A stretch of DNA of 63,574 bases, filler included, from Rhabdomonas costata (GCA_019059605.1; 36 parts of 36 records of this genome joined end to end with filler, not necessarily neighbours in it); one strand, 5' to 3'. Numbered from the whole stretch's first letter, positions 49,599-62,043 are shown. The notes: a model not told the origin generated them from the letters alone. Made by a program: numbers and translations.

Positions 49599-50276
49599 GT
49601 TACATTTGAAGAAATTGAAAATAAAAGAATTGAATACAAACAATTATTTTTAAAAAATAAAAATGACATTACAATAAATCAGCAATATTTAATTTTATGC
49701 TTGTATACATTGCAACCACCTATACGTATGGAATATATCGATATGGAGATTATGCATAATAAAGCACCAAAAAGTCAAACAAAGAATTTTATTGTTAAAA
49801 AAGATGACAAATATTATGTTATCATCAATAAAGACAAAGTCATTGCATCACATGGTGTCGGTATTTTTGAATTATCTAGTGATCTTTCAAAAATAATAGA
49901 TCAATCACTTGAATATCTACCACGTAAATATATTTTATCTTCAATTACAGATATTCAAAATCCTATGTCTAGATTACATTTTTATCACTTAGTACATAAA
50001 ATATTTAATAAAAAAGTGGGTGTTGATATATTACGCAGTGCATATATTACTCATATGTATGATGACAAACACTTTACAATGAAACAAAAAGTTGAATTGG
50101 CGCGATTAATGAGAAATAGTCAAGGTGTAGCATCTTCTATGTATCATAAAATAGATCAGAAATATAATGAAGATGTTATAATTAAAAAATTTGTAGATCA
50201 AATACAAGATGTTGATCATAGTAAACTAAAAACAGGAATTTATAACTTGCTCATAAAATTAAGACGTGAAGAATGA
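49599..50276 (+). CDS. Tyrosine recombinase of the polinton-like virus/virophage (OLV11-like) type, 5'-truncated
   Basis: YLILCLYTLQPPIR (catalytic R), INKDK (K), VDILRSAYIT (box II R) and LARLMRNSQGVASSMYHK (catalytic Y). Intronless and very AT-rich. The frame extends upstream to the fold-back at 49599. Confidence 0.78.
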   Translation, partial: VTFEEIENKRIEYKQLFLKNKNDITINQQYLILCLYTLQPPIRMEYIDMEIMHNKAPKSQTKNFIVKKDDKYYVIINKDKVIASHGVGIFELSSDLSKIIDQSLEYLPRKYILSSITDIQNPMSRLHFYHLVHKIFNKKVGVDILRSAYITHMYDDKHFTMKQKVELARLMRNSQGVASSMYHKIDQKYNEDVIIKKFVDQIQDVDHSKLKTGIYNLLIKLRREE

Positions 50277-50285
50277 TAGAAAAAT

Positions 50286-50304
50286 ACCCGTATAATTTAC
50301 GGGT
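50286..50304 (+). terminator. Hairpin ACCCGTA-TAATT-TACGGGT just after the recombinase stop codon
   Basis: Perfect 7-bp stem 9 nt after the TGA. The function is inferred. Confidence 0.5.
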
Positions 50305-50380
50305 GCTCTAGAATCTAAACATCGTAATATGCTAGGTTAAAGTTTTTAGTGTTCCGAGGTGTTCTGGGCTGTTCTGTACT

Positions 50381-50412
50381 TGTTCCGGGGTAATTAAAAA
50401 TACCCCGGAACA
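50381..50412. terminator. Hairpin TGTTCCGGGGTA-ATTAAAAA-TACCCCGGAACA between convergent ORFs
   Basis: Perfect 12-bp GC-rich stem in an AT-rich background. The function is inferred. Confidence 0.55.
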
Positions 50413-50459
50413 GACCAGATGATCTTAAAAACATATTTATATTATAGATCTTATATATC

Positions 50460-50903
50460 TTATAATATAATAAAATATAATAAAATACATACATACAGTA
50501 TTGATGTTTGTATCGGATCAGACATTAAAAATTGTTCTATAAATTCTGGTTGATAAGTATATTCATAATTCAAAATTTGTTGTGCAATAATATTTCTATC
50601 ATTAATTAACCACATTGTATACATGTATCTATCAATATTATCTCTGTCTTCAATATTCAACATATATGGATCATGTGATGATAAAACATCATCACATGCA
50701 GTATTTTTTGATAAAACATCATCACATATATTATCTTTTGATAAATCATCATCACATTCAGTATTTTTTGATGTTTCATCATCACATTCATTATTTTCTG
50801 GTTGTACTTCTTGTTTTGTGTTGTTTATAACTGTTTGTATTTTTAGTTCAGATCTATTTTTTTCAATATGATTTATAATTTTCTTTTTAATAATATTATA
50901 CAT
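50460..50903 (-). CDS. AT-rich virus-like hypothetical protein with four 10-aa CDDxxSKNTx repeats
   Basis: 147-aa intronless ORF with a 30-bp tandem repeat at 50672-50790. It may continue upstream into 50911-51096 through a frameshift. Confidence 0.5.
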   Translation of the reverse strand: MYNIIKKKIINHIEKNRSELKIQTVINNTKQEVQPENNECDDETSKNTECDDDLSKDNICDDVLSKNTACDDVLSSHDPYMLNIEDRDNIDRYMYTMWLINDRNIIAQQILNYEYTYQPEFIEQFLMSDPIQTSILYVCILLYFIIL

Positions 50904-51329
50904 ATTATATTCATCGATACACAGGTATTTTCTTTGTTAAAAAAACATTCGTATTTGAAGTACATTGTACAGTTTTTGTTTTATCAAGACAGAAATTTAT
51001 GATTGGTTTCGATTCATTTACATCCATCCAATGTGCATATTTCTTTACAATTTCAACATCATTGACATCATCTATAATAATAAAAGAACGACAAGCTATA
51101 GATGATGTCAATGATGTTGAAATTGTAAAGAAATATGCACATTGGATGGATGTAAATGAATCGAAACCAATCATAAATTTCTGTCTTGATAAAACAACAA
51201 CCNNNNNNNNNNNNNNNNNNNNNNNNNNNNNNNNNNNNNNNNNNNNTTAATTAATTAANNNNNNNNNNNNNNNNNNNNNNNNNNNNNNNNNNNNNNNNNN
51301 NNGTGTGGGGGTGGGCTGACCTCCCGCCA

Positions 51330-51460
51330 GTGCGTGCTGCGCGGGCTGCTGCCCAACCACAGCTACCGCGTCACAGTGCTGTGCAGCATCGCAGGAGAGC
51401 CGCCACCCACTGGCTCCTCGTCGTGCACAGTGGTGCGGTTCATGACTCAGCCCGAGCCGG
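51330..51460 (+). CDS. Fibronectin type III domain C-terminal half
   Basis: VLRGLLPNHSYRVTV...VRFMTQP matches the FN3 LxGLxPxxxYxVxV motif. Confidence 0.6.
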
Positions 51461-53089
51461 TGCCGAGCAGAAGGCTGCTGTCGTTTGGGCGAGGGCCGGT
51501 GGTTCGTGTACGGACCGCGGCGGGGCCGCGGCCCCCTACAGCACCTGCGGGGGGTGGTCCTCCGCTGCGGCAGTGGTTGCGGTGTATGGCAGGGTCGGCG
51601 GGAACAAAGCGGTCACGGGTGGGTGAAGCTGTTCGAGCGGAGCAGCGGGGTACTGCCGCTGCCGCCGCACTGCCGGAGTGGGTGCCCTACCCAGCTCTTT
51701 GAGGAGCCACCACGATGTTTGTGCCCGTGGCGGGATGCACCAAGTGTACAGGATGTGTCCATTGTGCGGGGTGTGGAACGGTTGTCTTGTTGAACTGTGC
51801 ACCTTTTGTTTTCTGATGTGTCGTGCATTTTGCTTGGTTAGCATAGCTCCCTTGTCAGACAGTGCCAGGTCGTTACCACCAGATGTGTCCGTGAAATGCA
51901 TCAGATTCAGCCTTCGGGCTGACCTCCGTCCGGCGCACCCCACGGTTCGTGTGTACGCCCGCACATTTGATCACATCCGATCACCCGCGTGGACATAACG
52001 TGCCGTTCCGCCATTCCGCGGCATGCACAACGTCACCCTGCGCGCCCCACGGTAACGACCTGAAACCTCCACAGAACTCCGGCGGGGTCTGCTGATTGAT
52101 GCCGCGCCCTTTGCCCTTTTCTACGCTGCATGCGGAATGTGCGTCCTAGCCCTGTGAAACGTTGGTTATTTCAGCCCCTTTCGGCGCCGCCGCTTTTCAG
52201 AGATGGTATTGAAAATGCGCCTAAAACATTCAAATGCCAAAACGCGCTGTTTCACCTGAAAGTTTTTCAGGTTTGATCGGGAAGACTTCCCCAGGCCCAT
52301 ACCATCACAACGCTTTCTGAACAGGGTACGATCGCCACCTGATCCAATATTATGTTCAAAACGCGTGTGGCATGACAAAATCGCTTGAAAGAGCAACCTG
52401 CCGTTTGAAGTCAGATTCGTGGTAGTTCAATTCTGTTTTTAGCTGTTTTGAAACACCAGGAGCAGTGGTTCCAAAACCGAGCAAGCCTTTTGAACAGCAA
52501 GATCTTTACATTCCATCGGTAGTCGGGATCATTTACCTGCGCTCCAAGCGAAATGAAGTGCTTCCTGGCCAAACTACTACCCGGGGCAATGCGTCTCGTA
52601 CATGTCAGCAGGCATGGCAAAAGCCAAGTCTGTGGGAATAAGCACATAGCACATCATTTGCCCTGGACAGGTAACATCCTGCCGAAAGGTGGCTGCATCA
52701 GCGTGGCAGAAAAGCCTTGCTGCTGAGGCATTTTACCAGGAGAGTTTTCGCCTTCGGCACCTTCTCGGGAGCAGCGGGATGGGTTCCGAGAACGAAAAGG
52801 GTTGATCTAGACTCAATGGCCTTCATGGTTATTTACATATTCAGAAGGATGAAGGGAGGGTGGGAGGCATGATGATGAACGTTTGATTGCTTTTTCAAAA
52901 GGAACACGAGAAAGCTTCTTCTTTAATCAAAGGGTTGACCCGATGAAGGACAAGATAGCCCAACACCCNNNNNNNNNNNNNNNNNNNNNNNNNNNNNNNN
53001 NNNNNNNNNNNNTTAATTAATTAANNNNNNNNNNNNNNNNNNNNNNNNNNNNNNNNNNNNNNNNNNNNGAAGACCTCTCGCTCTGGCTT

Positions 53090-54331
53090 ACGTAGAAGCA
53101 GTGATGGAGTTGCACGGAAGGTACGAGGGGATGGTCTCCACGCGCTTCGAGAAGTGCCCTGCGTTCTCGACGGTGGTGAAGTTGGTGTGGAGCGTTCTTT
53201 GATTTGCGTCCAGGAGAAGGGTTTGAACATGTGCTCGTGTGTGATAAGGTTGAAATTGCCCCTCGTTCGCCATGGCCCTAAAGTCGGTGTGAGAGAGCGT
53301 ACCTTCAGTGGGTGGATGTGAGAAGTGTGTGCATCGGAGACGATTTTGTGCACAACTGCTATGGTGATGGAGGGAACCCTCCCCCTTGTGTGGTTGGTTG
53401 TTGGGTGGGTTTTTCCTGACCTATCGTCGTAGCAACTCGAAAGACATTTCTGGTCTTGGGGTGTGGCGGTTGATGCATAACGCCGTCGCCTTGCTACCCC
53501 TGGGCACTTCGCCGTCGTGGTAACTCCTTCTGACTTGCGAAAATATTTTTCTGAACGAGCGCATCGCCCTCCACCCCACTCCGAGTTTTCATGTCTGCTT
53601 TCTGCGGACGCCGTGCACGCTGTTTCACGCGTCCAGGATGCGCCGTTTTGCGACTTAATCATCTGAGGGCCACGTTAACTATGCATCCCCCTTGCCGCAG
53701 GGATTTGAGGCCTTCATCAATGTCACTCTGTTCCGGGAGCTCAAGGAGGACAAGAAGGTGAAGTCCTTCTTTGCAGGTGTGCTTGACGCTCCTTGGAAGA
53801 CCTCTCGCTCTGGCTTATCTGGTCCGGTCGTCGTATCCACTTGGTCGTGAGCCATTTGCGACCAAAACCTCGAAAAACTCAATGCAGTTAGGAATGGCTG
53901 ATATCTTGAAACCACAGTTTAAATGGAATTCGGGGTGAAGCAGAACTGGTTTTGTGGGTGGGTGCTCGTCACCCGTGGGTGGGTGGGTGCACCGGCAGAG
54001 GTTCTGCCGACATTTTGCGATATCATGATGAAAAACGAGAAGATCACCCCAGACCAGTTTGCAGCGAAGCTGGACAGCATCATGGGCATCTTCGCTTTCA
54101 TCAGGTACCCCCGGACCGTGCCCCCTTCCGCACCTCAATCGTTAGTTCCTGCTAATCCAAGGACTGATTCCATTATGCGCTGGAAGGGGGTGGTCCCTGC
54201 TATTCTTTTGGGTGATCGCGCGCAGTGATAAGCAACTCTTCGAGGAGGTGTACCGTCGGCAGCTCTCCAAGCGGCTTCTGGTGACGAAGACGGATCCGGA
54301 CCACGAAAAGGATATCTTGGCCAAGCTCAAG
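53090..54331 (+). CDS. Cullin; exons ~53090-53184, 53701-53776, 53999-54104, 54226-54331
   Basis: GFEAFIN, FAEVLPTFCDIMMK, IFAFI-SDKQLFEEVYRRQLSKRLL, EKDILAKLK. All introns are GT-AG and in phase. Confidence 0.93.
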
Positions 54332-54896
54332 GTGTGGTTCTTCGTCGTTCTACTCAGAGCTGATGTGGAAATCGAGGTTGTTGAGAGACTCTTCTACGAA
54401 GGCAGTGTGCCATTTCCGCGATTGGCTGTAAGTAATGGATTGTGCTCCCGCATTGAGAGCACAATCATCCCACCAATCGGACTTTAAAGTGCGCTGGGAA
54501 ATGCCCATTTCCAGACTGCGACGACCTCTCGAGTCTCGCCGTCAACCTCAGCATTTCAGCCTTTTCTCTATCGTCGTTTATGAGTTTCCTCGGTGCACGG
54601 CCTGTCGCCTCATCATCTCCTGCCGGCTAATTTGGCGGCTAATTCCTTCGAACTGTCTGAATCGCCATCCCCTGCCGCCCTTCGCTTCCATTCTCTGGCA
54701 ATCTTCTGTCTTCTTCTTCTTCTTTTTTTTTTTNNNNNNNNNNNNNNNNNNNNNNNNNNNNNNNNNNNNNNNNNNNNTTAATTAATTAANNNNNNNNNNN
54801 NNNNNNNNNNNNNNNNNNNNNNNNNNNNNNNNNGTGTGTTTTTATTTTTTCGATGAGTGGGTGTGTCGGTGTTTCTCTTGTTCTGCGCGTGGTTAG

Positions 54897-55799
54897 GCAT
54901 GACACCAGCATTGGACCACGTACGGCAATTCCCTGGGGTACATCTTATCCTCACTGACCTTCGTATGATGGACGGCGACGGGCTGGAGCTGACCCGCAGG
55001 CTCCGTGCCATTGCTGTGGAAGGGCTTGACTCGCCCTCCTCCGAGGATTGCCGGCTTGAGCCAGTGATAATCGGCCTTTCCGGTGCTGCAGAGCCGGACG
55101 TCGTAGAGCAATGCAGGCAGGTACAGTCAAAATGCCCTCCCCTCGTTGAACGAGTGCTTAAGGAAATGCCGACAATGTAGGTGAACATCCATCACATACA
55201 GTGTGAGCAACAAAGGTTGGGGAGAACGAAGGGGTGGGTTTTCCTCAAAAAAAACACCGATGCGCTCTTGCTCACATTGTGAACAGTTATATTTTAAGCT
55301 GGCAAAAATTAGAAGAATCCACCCTGGACAGAACCGATTCCCAAACAAACGTGCAAATCACCATGCGAAGATCTGTATTCCGTGGATATTTATGAGCACC
55401 CTGACACGGATCTTGGTACTTTCCCTAATGCAGATGCCTGATCTTAAGCCCCAATGGGTCGTGCTCTGCAGATCAGCAGGCAACCTATCGTCTTCCCGGT
55501 CAGTCAGCTACATCCGCTGGCGAATAGAGTCAATACATCTTCCCTCAGGTTGTGGTTTGACAGGTGGAAAGCAGGCTGTGCACGGGCGGAGAATACCACT
55601 TGATTTTGAGCTACAGAAGTGCACGGTTCATCGAGGATGTAACCGCCACACACATGCCATCCCGTCCCGCCTTTAGGCTGGAATGAACGCCTTCCTCAGC
55701 AAGCCTGTCACAAGAAGTGTACTCCTTCACGCTGCCACGCGCTGGCTGCTTGAGCGGGAGACCTCCGTTCCCACCCCGGGGGAGTTTGTGCTGAGCTAG
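54897..55799 (+). CDS. Response-regulator receiver domain at a C-terminus (probably a hybrid histidine kinase); exons 54897-55120, 55677-55799
   Basis: LILTDLRMMDGDGLELTRRLR, PVIIGLSG, AGMNAFLSKPV, then a TAG stop. Confidence 0.9.
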
Positions 55800-57520
55800 G
55801 CTGCTCAGTGGACTGGAGTGAGCGTTCCTCCAAGGACACGAATTATTGCGTGTATACTCATTGGCTCAGTAAGTCCGCCCACTCCTAGTTGTTCTCCCCC
55901 AAAAGGTGTGGTTTGAGTTTGCGCCTTTCTTTGGAGCCTGTGACTATTCGGAAATAAGGCTCCTTCGCCCCCGTCACCTGATTTTCCCTTTTTGTGCAAG
56001 AAAAGAGGCGGTCCAGTGGCTTTCTGCCTCTGCCTTTCTGTTCATTCCAAGCTTGACGTCCTCTCAGATGCAGACCGTAAGCTTTGGAACTCTTTTGCGT
56101 TTTTGTTTGTCATCCGCAAGGATGAAGAGCCCTGCTGTGTAGTTTCGTATTTTGACAGATTTACTGATTTCTTCTTCCTTGTTTGATGGGTTAGGAGACC
56201 GCGGTCTGGGTCTGCCTGTCGCCGCGCAGTTCCTTGGATCGCAGCCTGTTGGTGCTTTGAGTGCTGCCATCGCTTGACCCTGGAATTAAAAAATAAGATT
56301 GTGAACGCTCCCCCTAAATAACTTATTGCTGGGATGAATCGGAAGTTGCTGGGCTCTGATATATGATGTTGGCGGGGTTGCGCAATATGCTTTTGCGAGC
56401 GGGGGGGGGGTTCCGTGACAAAACTCAAATGACTGGAAAAGGGCACTTTTGGCGAATTAATTGCATATTAAATAGATAATCCGCCGCTGGTCAACCCCCA
56501 CNNNNNNNNNNNNNNNNNNNNNNNNNNNNNNNNNNNNNNNNNNNNTTAATTAATTAANNNNNNNNNNNNNNNNNNNNNNNNNNNNNNNNNNNNNNNNNNN
56601 NTGTGTTGGTAAGAAAAGCTTTACCAAAAGATTTTGGTGTTTAATTATTATTGCTATTATTATTTGGTTAATTTAGATGGGGGTGAAAGAGGTGAGCACG
56701 ATGACAACGGGTTTTCGTAATAAAATGGGCACTGAAACGAGCACTGTTTGCAAAAAAAAAACTGTTCAGAATGCCGTTTTTATGTGAATACTTTGCTATT
56801 TTTACAGTGAAACTGCAACAAAAGAGGTCCGCACAGTTAGTGAATTTTCCAACGTCTTCGGACGACGTTTGACTTTTTGATCTTGGACTTTGGGAGACCG
56901 TAAAGATGCCTTCTGGATTCTTTTACCTCCGTTTTGCCCTCCCTCCTTCCCTCTGCCTCTAAGGCCCGCGGTCCTGGCGCATGCAGGACGGGGGCAGCGC
57001 GTCCTGCACTCGTCCTCGCCCTGCCGCATCAGCTGCTTCACCCCTTAGCTCTCCGTTCGAACAGCGATTCTTGGCTTGTTCTTGCTTTTTGTAGACGATG
57101 GCTGCTCCCTTGACATCTGCCTTTGGATTTCATGTGGTTGCTCCTTTGGGTCGGGAGGCACGCCGCATCTTGGCTGACAGGTTCCGAGTGTTCGTTGCAT
57201 TTCGCAGTCTCATTTCGCAGTGGACAAAATGGTGGTCTATGATGCGTGAAGTGATGCGTGAACCTGGCTTTAAAATTTGATGAGCTGTGTGTTGCGCACC
57301 AATGAATGCTAGTTCGGGTTAGGGTTCAACCTTTCTAATTTAGTGGGCTTTACGGAGCTTTGAAATTAAACAAAGAGGCCCTGCTTTATGCTGCTTTGGG
57401 GCCAGCCTTTCAGAAGGGTAGAAAATTGCTTGTCTGCTTTTTGTCATATGCTGATTTTTTTAGGGGAAGTATCGATGGACAAGGATTGAGGTGCCTGGCA
57501 ATTTCCCGTCGTTTTTTCAG

Positions 57521-58163
57521 GGACTCGCGCGAGAAGGACCGACTGGCTGAGCGTCGGTCAGGGTTTGAGCGACACGACCCTCTCCCAAACCCGATTGTCT
57601 CGCAGCCTAATTCTGCCGGATTCATCACCGACGAGGACCGCCTCCACCTGGACGTCGCTGGAGATCTGAAGAAAGCTCATGACGTACACTGCTGCTCGCC
57701 TGTTTTCCTTAACGACCCGCCGTTTCGTTTTTTTGTCGCCTATTTAGTTTTTCTCTGCGTTTTTGGATGTCTGCCAAATGCCAAAAAGAGTGATTTTGTG
57801 GCAGTTGCCCGAAATACTGAATCAAGACTTTCACGTTTCCCTGAAGACTGTTTTTCGCCTTTCGGTAGCTTTCGGCTCGCTCAATCGACTGTGGTCTGCA
57901 AACCCGAAACTGACCCCCCCGCGCGCGCATTTTGCTCCTTCCAATACAACGTAGTCAACAAATTAACTGCTTCACAACTCAGCTCACGGGCACTCCACTT
58001 CAGGACCACATCAGCAGCCGGCAATTGATGCTTGATGATCGCCGGCAGCGGCGGCTGGACCACGAAAAGCAGCGCTGGGATGAGCTGTACGCTACAGAGC
58101 AGGCCTACGACGAGCGTGGCGCAAAGCTGGCCGGCACCTCAAAGCGCAACAATGGCAGTGTGG
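57521..58163 (+). CDS. Hypothetical charged/coiled-coil protein; exons 57521-57683, 58004-58163
   Basis: An in-phase GT-AG join gives ...DLKKAHD-DHISSRQLMLDDRRQRRLDHEKQRWDELY. No family recognised. Confidence 0.6.
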
Positions 58164-58599
58164 GTACGGGAGCTTCATGCCTTTTCATGACTGTCTGAAG
58201 GGCAATGCTGGTTAGGTAAACTCTCGCGCTAGCCTTGCTATTTTTCTTTTTTTTCCCCAAAAACANNNNNNNNNNNNNNNNNNNNNNNNNNNNNNNNNNN
58301 NNNNNNNNNTTAATTAATTAANNNNNNNNNNNNNNNNNNNNNNNNNNNNNNNNNNNNNNNNNNNNGTTACCATGTGGTTTGCACTTTTCCACGTTTTTCC
58401 AGTTCATTTTGAAAGACTTTCATTTGAGTTTTGTGATTTTTATGGCTTCCAGCAGACAACGCGTGCTATGCGTTTTTATTTTGACGCTGATGGCAGGTCT
58501 TGACATACTCGCGGACGTGTAGCTGGATGTGTTGAAAGGTGTAGCGGAGTTTGACAACGACCACGGTCCTGTGAATTTATCAACTTTACACCGATGTGT

Positions 58600-59980
58600 A
58601 ATGACACATCACCACAAGTGCAAACCACAAACCACACGCCAAGTCAGATGGACAAGCAACCACTCACATGGATACTGCAACACACGCCTCAGAAGCACAT
58701 GTAACACTACAATAGCATCACTACCAACAGCACATAAACCCATGCAAAAGCCAACGAAGCCGAATGAAACAACGCAAAAACTCGTGTTCAACAAGTTCAA
58801 ACCAAGGAATGCCTATTTTCAAAGAATAGAAAAGACACACAGACCACAATCGACAACAATCCACACCACAACAAACCATTCTACCACATTCACCACTTGA
58901 ACAATCAGCACCCACACCGCTAGACAACTAAACCACAAAACACACAGCAATCGGGCACAACGCTCCAAAGTCACCCACACATAAGCATTCATCCCACTCC
59001 ACGACACGACTGGTATCCCACATACAATCACCTCTATCCAAAAAATGGCAATGCATCACGCCCACAAGCGCAAGCAACATACTTACAGAAAACAACAACA
59101 CCAATTTCACTCCCAAACCATAAACACCACACAACTACGATCCATAACCACACAAAATGACACACGGCAAACACAACAGAAGCATTCACACCAAAGCATC
59201 CAAATAACGATGGAAACCACAGCAAACCTCAGCGCAACATAGTTTAAATGCAATGCACCACGACCCATCATGCCCCAAGTGTCACTCACAATACATTGTA
59301 CCATCAACAAATTCAACAGCCTAAACAACAAGAATACGCAATATTCAACCAGCACACCACCAAGAGCACTCACATATACACATACGAAACCCACTACAAC
59401 ACCACCCCAAACACACGAACACCGTACAGCACACTCAACCACAATCACACTCAACTGACAGCCACAAAGACAACACCAAAGCACATGCACAAACACCGAC
59501 AACCCAAGCCACACCCACAATGAAATTCTAAGCAGCACATCAGCGCACAAACCGAACATCAGACAAAGCAACACAACCAACACAACAACCCACAAAGCCA
59601 ACGAATTACGACCACATGCAACACAAGCAAAAGTACAGCAACCATAGTGAATGAGCACAAACACAACGGAAGCATGAACGCACACATTCAAATCACCCAT
59701 GCAATCCACAAACAAGATCACACACAACAACACACTCAAGTCAAATACCAACCAACAGCATGTATTCACAAACAATGCTACCGATAGATTACCGAGAAAC
59801 CCATGACCCATTGGTATAGGTGGCAAATGAGACCAAGAAACGACGTAAAATTATCCCTAGACCAAAAGAAGAAACCAAAGACCTAAGATCAAATGCACAA
59901 ACGTCAGAAAAATCACGCACACAATACACAACACAACGAAACAACCAAGACAACACCAGCACTATCACACAAACTGGCGC
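58600..59980 (+). mobile_element. Strongly A/C-skewed region, possible decayed LINE (APE endonuclease start near 59270-59400)
   Basis: G-poor plus strand. LTIHCTINKFNSLNNK and IYTYETHY resemble the APE motifs NxNGL and QETH, in different frames. Confidence 0.35.
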
Positions 59981-62043
59981 CACTGCTGGGTAGGGCTGGT
60001 TGTCACACTCCAACGATAGTGCGGGAACACTTACNNNNNNNNNNNNNNNNNNNNNNNNNNNNNNNNNNNNNNNNNNNNTTAATTAATTAANNNNNNNNNN
60101 NNNNNNNNNNNNNNNNNNNNNNNNNNNNNNNNNNGTTTGTGTTGGGAAATACACAGAGGCCGAATGGCAGAGAAGACAAAAAGTTATAGCAATGGATAAC
60201 ATCCAATGCTATGACACCTCGGAGACAGTGCCCGCCGAGTCCAGCAGCTTGCTCATCGACAGGAAGTCAACAATGTCCTTACTATCTCCTTCAACGGCTG
60301 CGAAAAAATGACGTATGTATCAGCAACAACACATCCGACCGATGGGAAAACACATTACCCTTGGAGGATCATGCTGTCCTTTGGGCAGCTTGGCTCCCAT
60401 TCATTCTATTTCTTGTGGAGAGTTTACCCGTGACACCCGCAACGAACGTAGTCAAAGCCCACCAGCAAAACCACCGGTCACCCTTATCAGACAGAGATCA
60501 GACATCCTTGTCCTGATATTTACCCTGTTCATGAACGAGGATGGCGCAAAATGAAAGTTTTTCGGGAAAAGGACCCTCCCCAAACAAAACCCCGGGAAAA
60601 ACATACTAAGCCGCCCAATGAGGTCACATCGGATCTCCGTGTACTTGACCGGACTTCCGGAGGTTGCTGAGACAAGCACTTGCCCTGCAAAAAGTTGGCC
60701 CGTGCACTTCCTCCCCCACACGAATGTGAGCAAAGGAAAATAAGGTGCAACTTAAAGACAGAGTACCGCTGATGGAGTCCCCGCTCGTGAAAAGGTAAAG
60801 CACTGTTGCCTAAATGAGAGTGAAGAAAAAAAGAATAGGAAAGGGTCGCCAGTATGTCATCTCATCCGATGACCAACATGTTCCCCGCAGACAACATAGC
60901 TAAGCAACCTCAGAGGAAGAAGTTGAGCCCTTGCTTCGGGGTGCAGCAAGCCGTTTTCTGCATAACAAAAGCATGACACTCCACAGAACAGCAGTCCACA
61001 GGAGCAAAAGCGCGCAACATAGAATTATCACCAAACAGAGAACACCTCAAAAATGAAGAAAATATTGTACAACGAATTCCGCTCGCTTCTTGAGTGATGG
61101 TTGCTGTTTATGTTGCTACCATACAAACCTTACGTCCTGACTCTGTTGCAAGCTTAATTTTTGCTTGTGTGGGTAACCAACTACATAAACTGCGAGAAGA
61201 AGACAGATTTAACAGAAGAATGAAACCACCCCCTCCCTCCAATCCCCGGTGAACATCGTCATCGTTGAATCGTCTTTCGAATCCCGACGAACATTCCTCC
61301 GCTATACGTTTGTGATTCATCAACCCGATTCGCCCCAGCATCCATGGAAACACACGAATAAAAAAGCAAAAAAAGAAGGGTGACGCCAGACCTGATGTGC
61401 GCGTCATTGAAGGTCACGTTGATATCAGCTGACGCAAAGAACATCTCTGGGGCATAGCTCGCACCTCAGATAACGTTCTGACCTTCAAAAGACTCCTGTT
61501 CCCTAGATCCCTATTGAGTCCGAAGATAGACACCAGAAGTCAGACACTGCTCCCCCCTCAACTCAGATTAAATTGGAGTCACACAAATCACCACCTCGGC
61601 AACATGGGGGAATGCAAAAAAGAAAACCAAAAGAAAGAGATCTGACAAATTACATGCAAAAAAAGAGAGTTCCAAAAAACCGCGCACGAATTCCCTGATC
61701 CCAAATCGCAAACCAAAACCAACACCAAAGCCGATGCACTGAGTCGCTATCCGCTGAATAATGGGATAGGGACAGACGACTCCATGCTGAAAACCCACAC
61801 AANNNNNNNNNNNNNNNNNNNNNNNNNNNNNNNNNNNNNNNNNNNNTTAATTAATTAANNNNNNNNNNNNNNNNNNNNNNNNNNNNNNNNNNNNNNNNNN
61901 NNCAAACCTTCCGAGTCAGGTGGCGCTCAAGCATACATGTGTGTGTGCGTATTTATTTGCTTGTTTGTTTTTTGCCAACCCAAAATTGTTTCTGTTTCTG
62001 TGATCTTCCTCCAGAGCCAACACCTGTCCCATATTTGCCGCAG

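Noticed and set aside
49541-49663. 58-bp-arm terminal hairpin as a covalently closed telomere of a linear element
   Set aside because: It cuts through the recombinase reading frame and ends in primer-like bases, so an amplification fold-back chimera is the better explanation.
50976-51197. ~101-bp-arm inverted repeat producing mirror ORFs 50911-51174 and 50999-51250
   Set aside because: Perfect fold-back at a contig tip. The mirrored ORFs are artefacts.
59107-59826. 239-aa V/C/L-rich minus-strand ORF as a membrane protein
   Set aside because: A by-product of the G/T-rich strand composition, which lacks stop codons.
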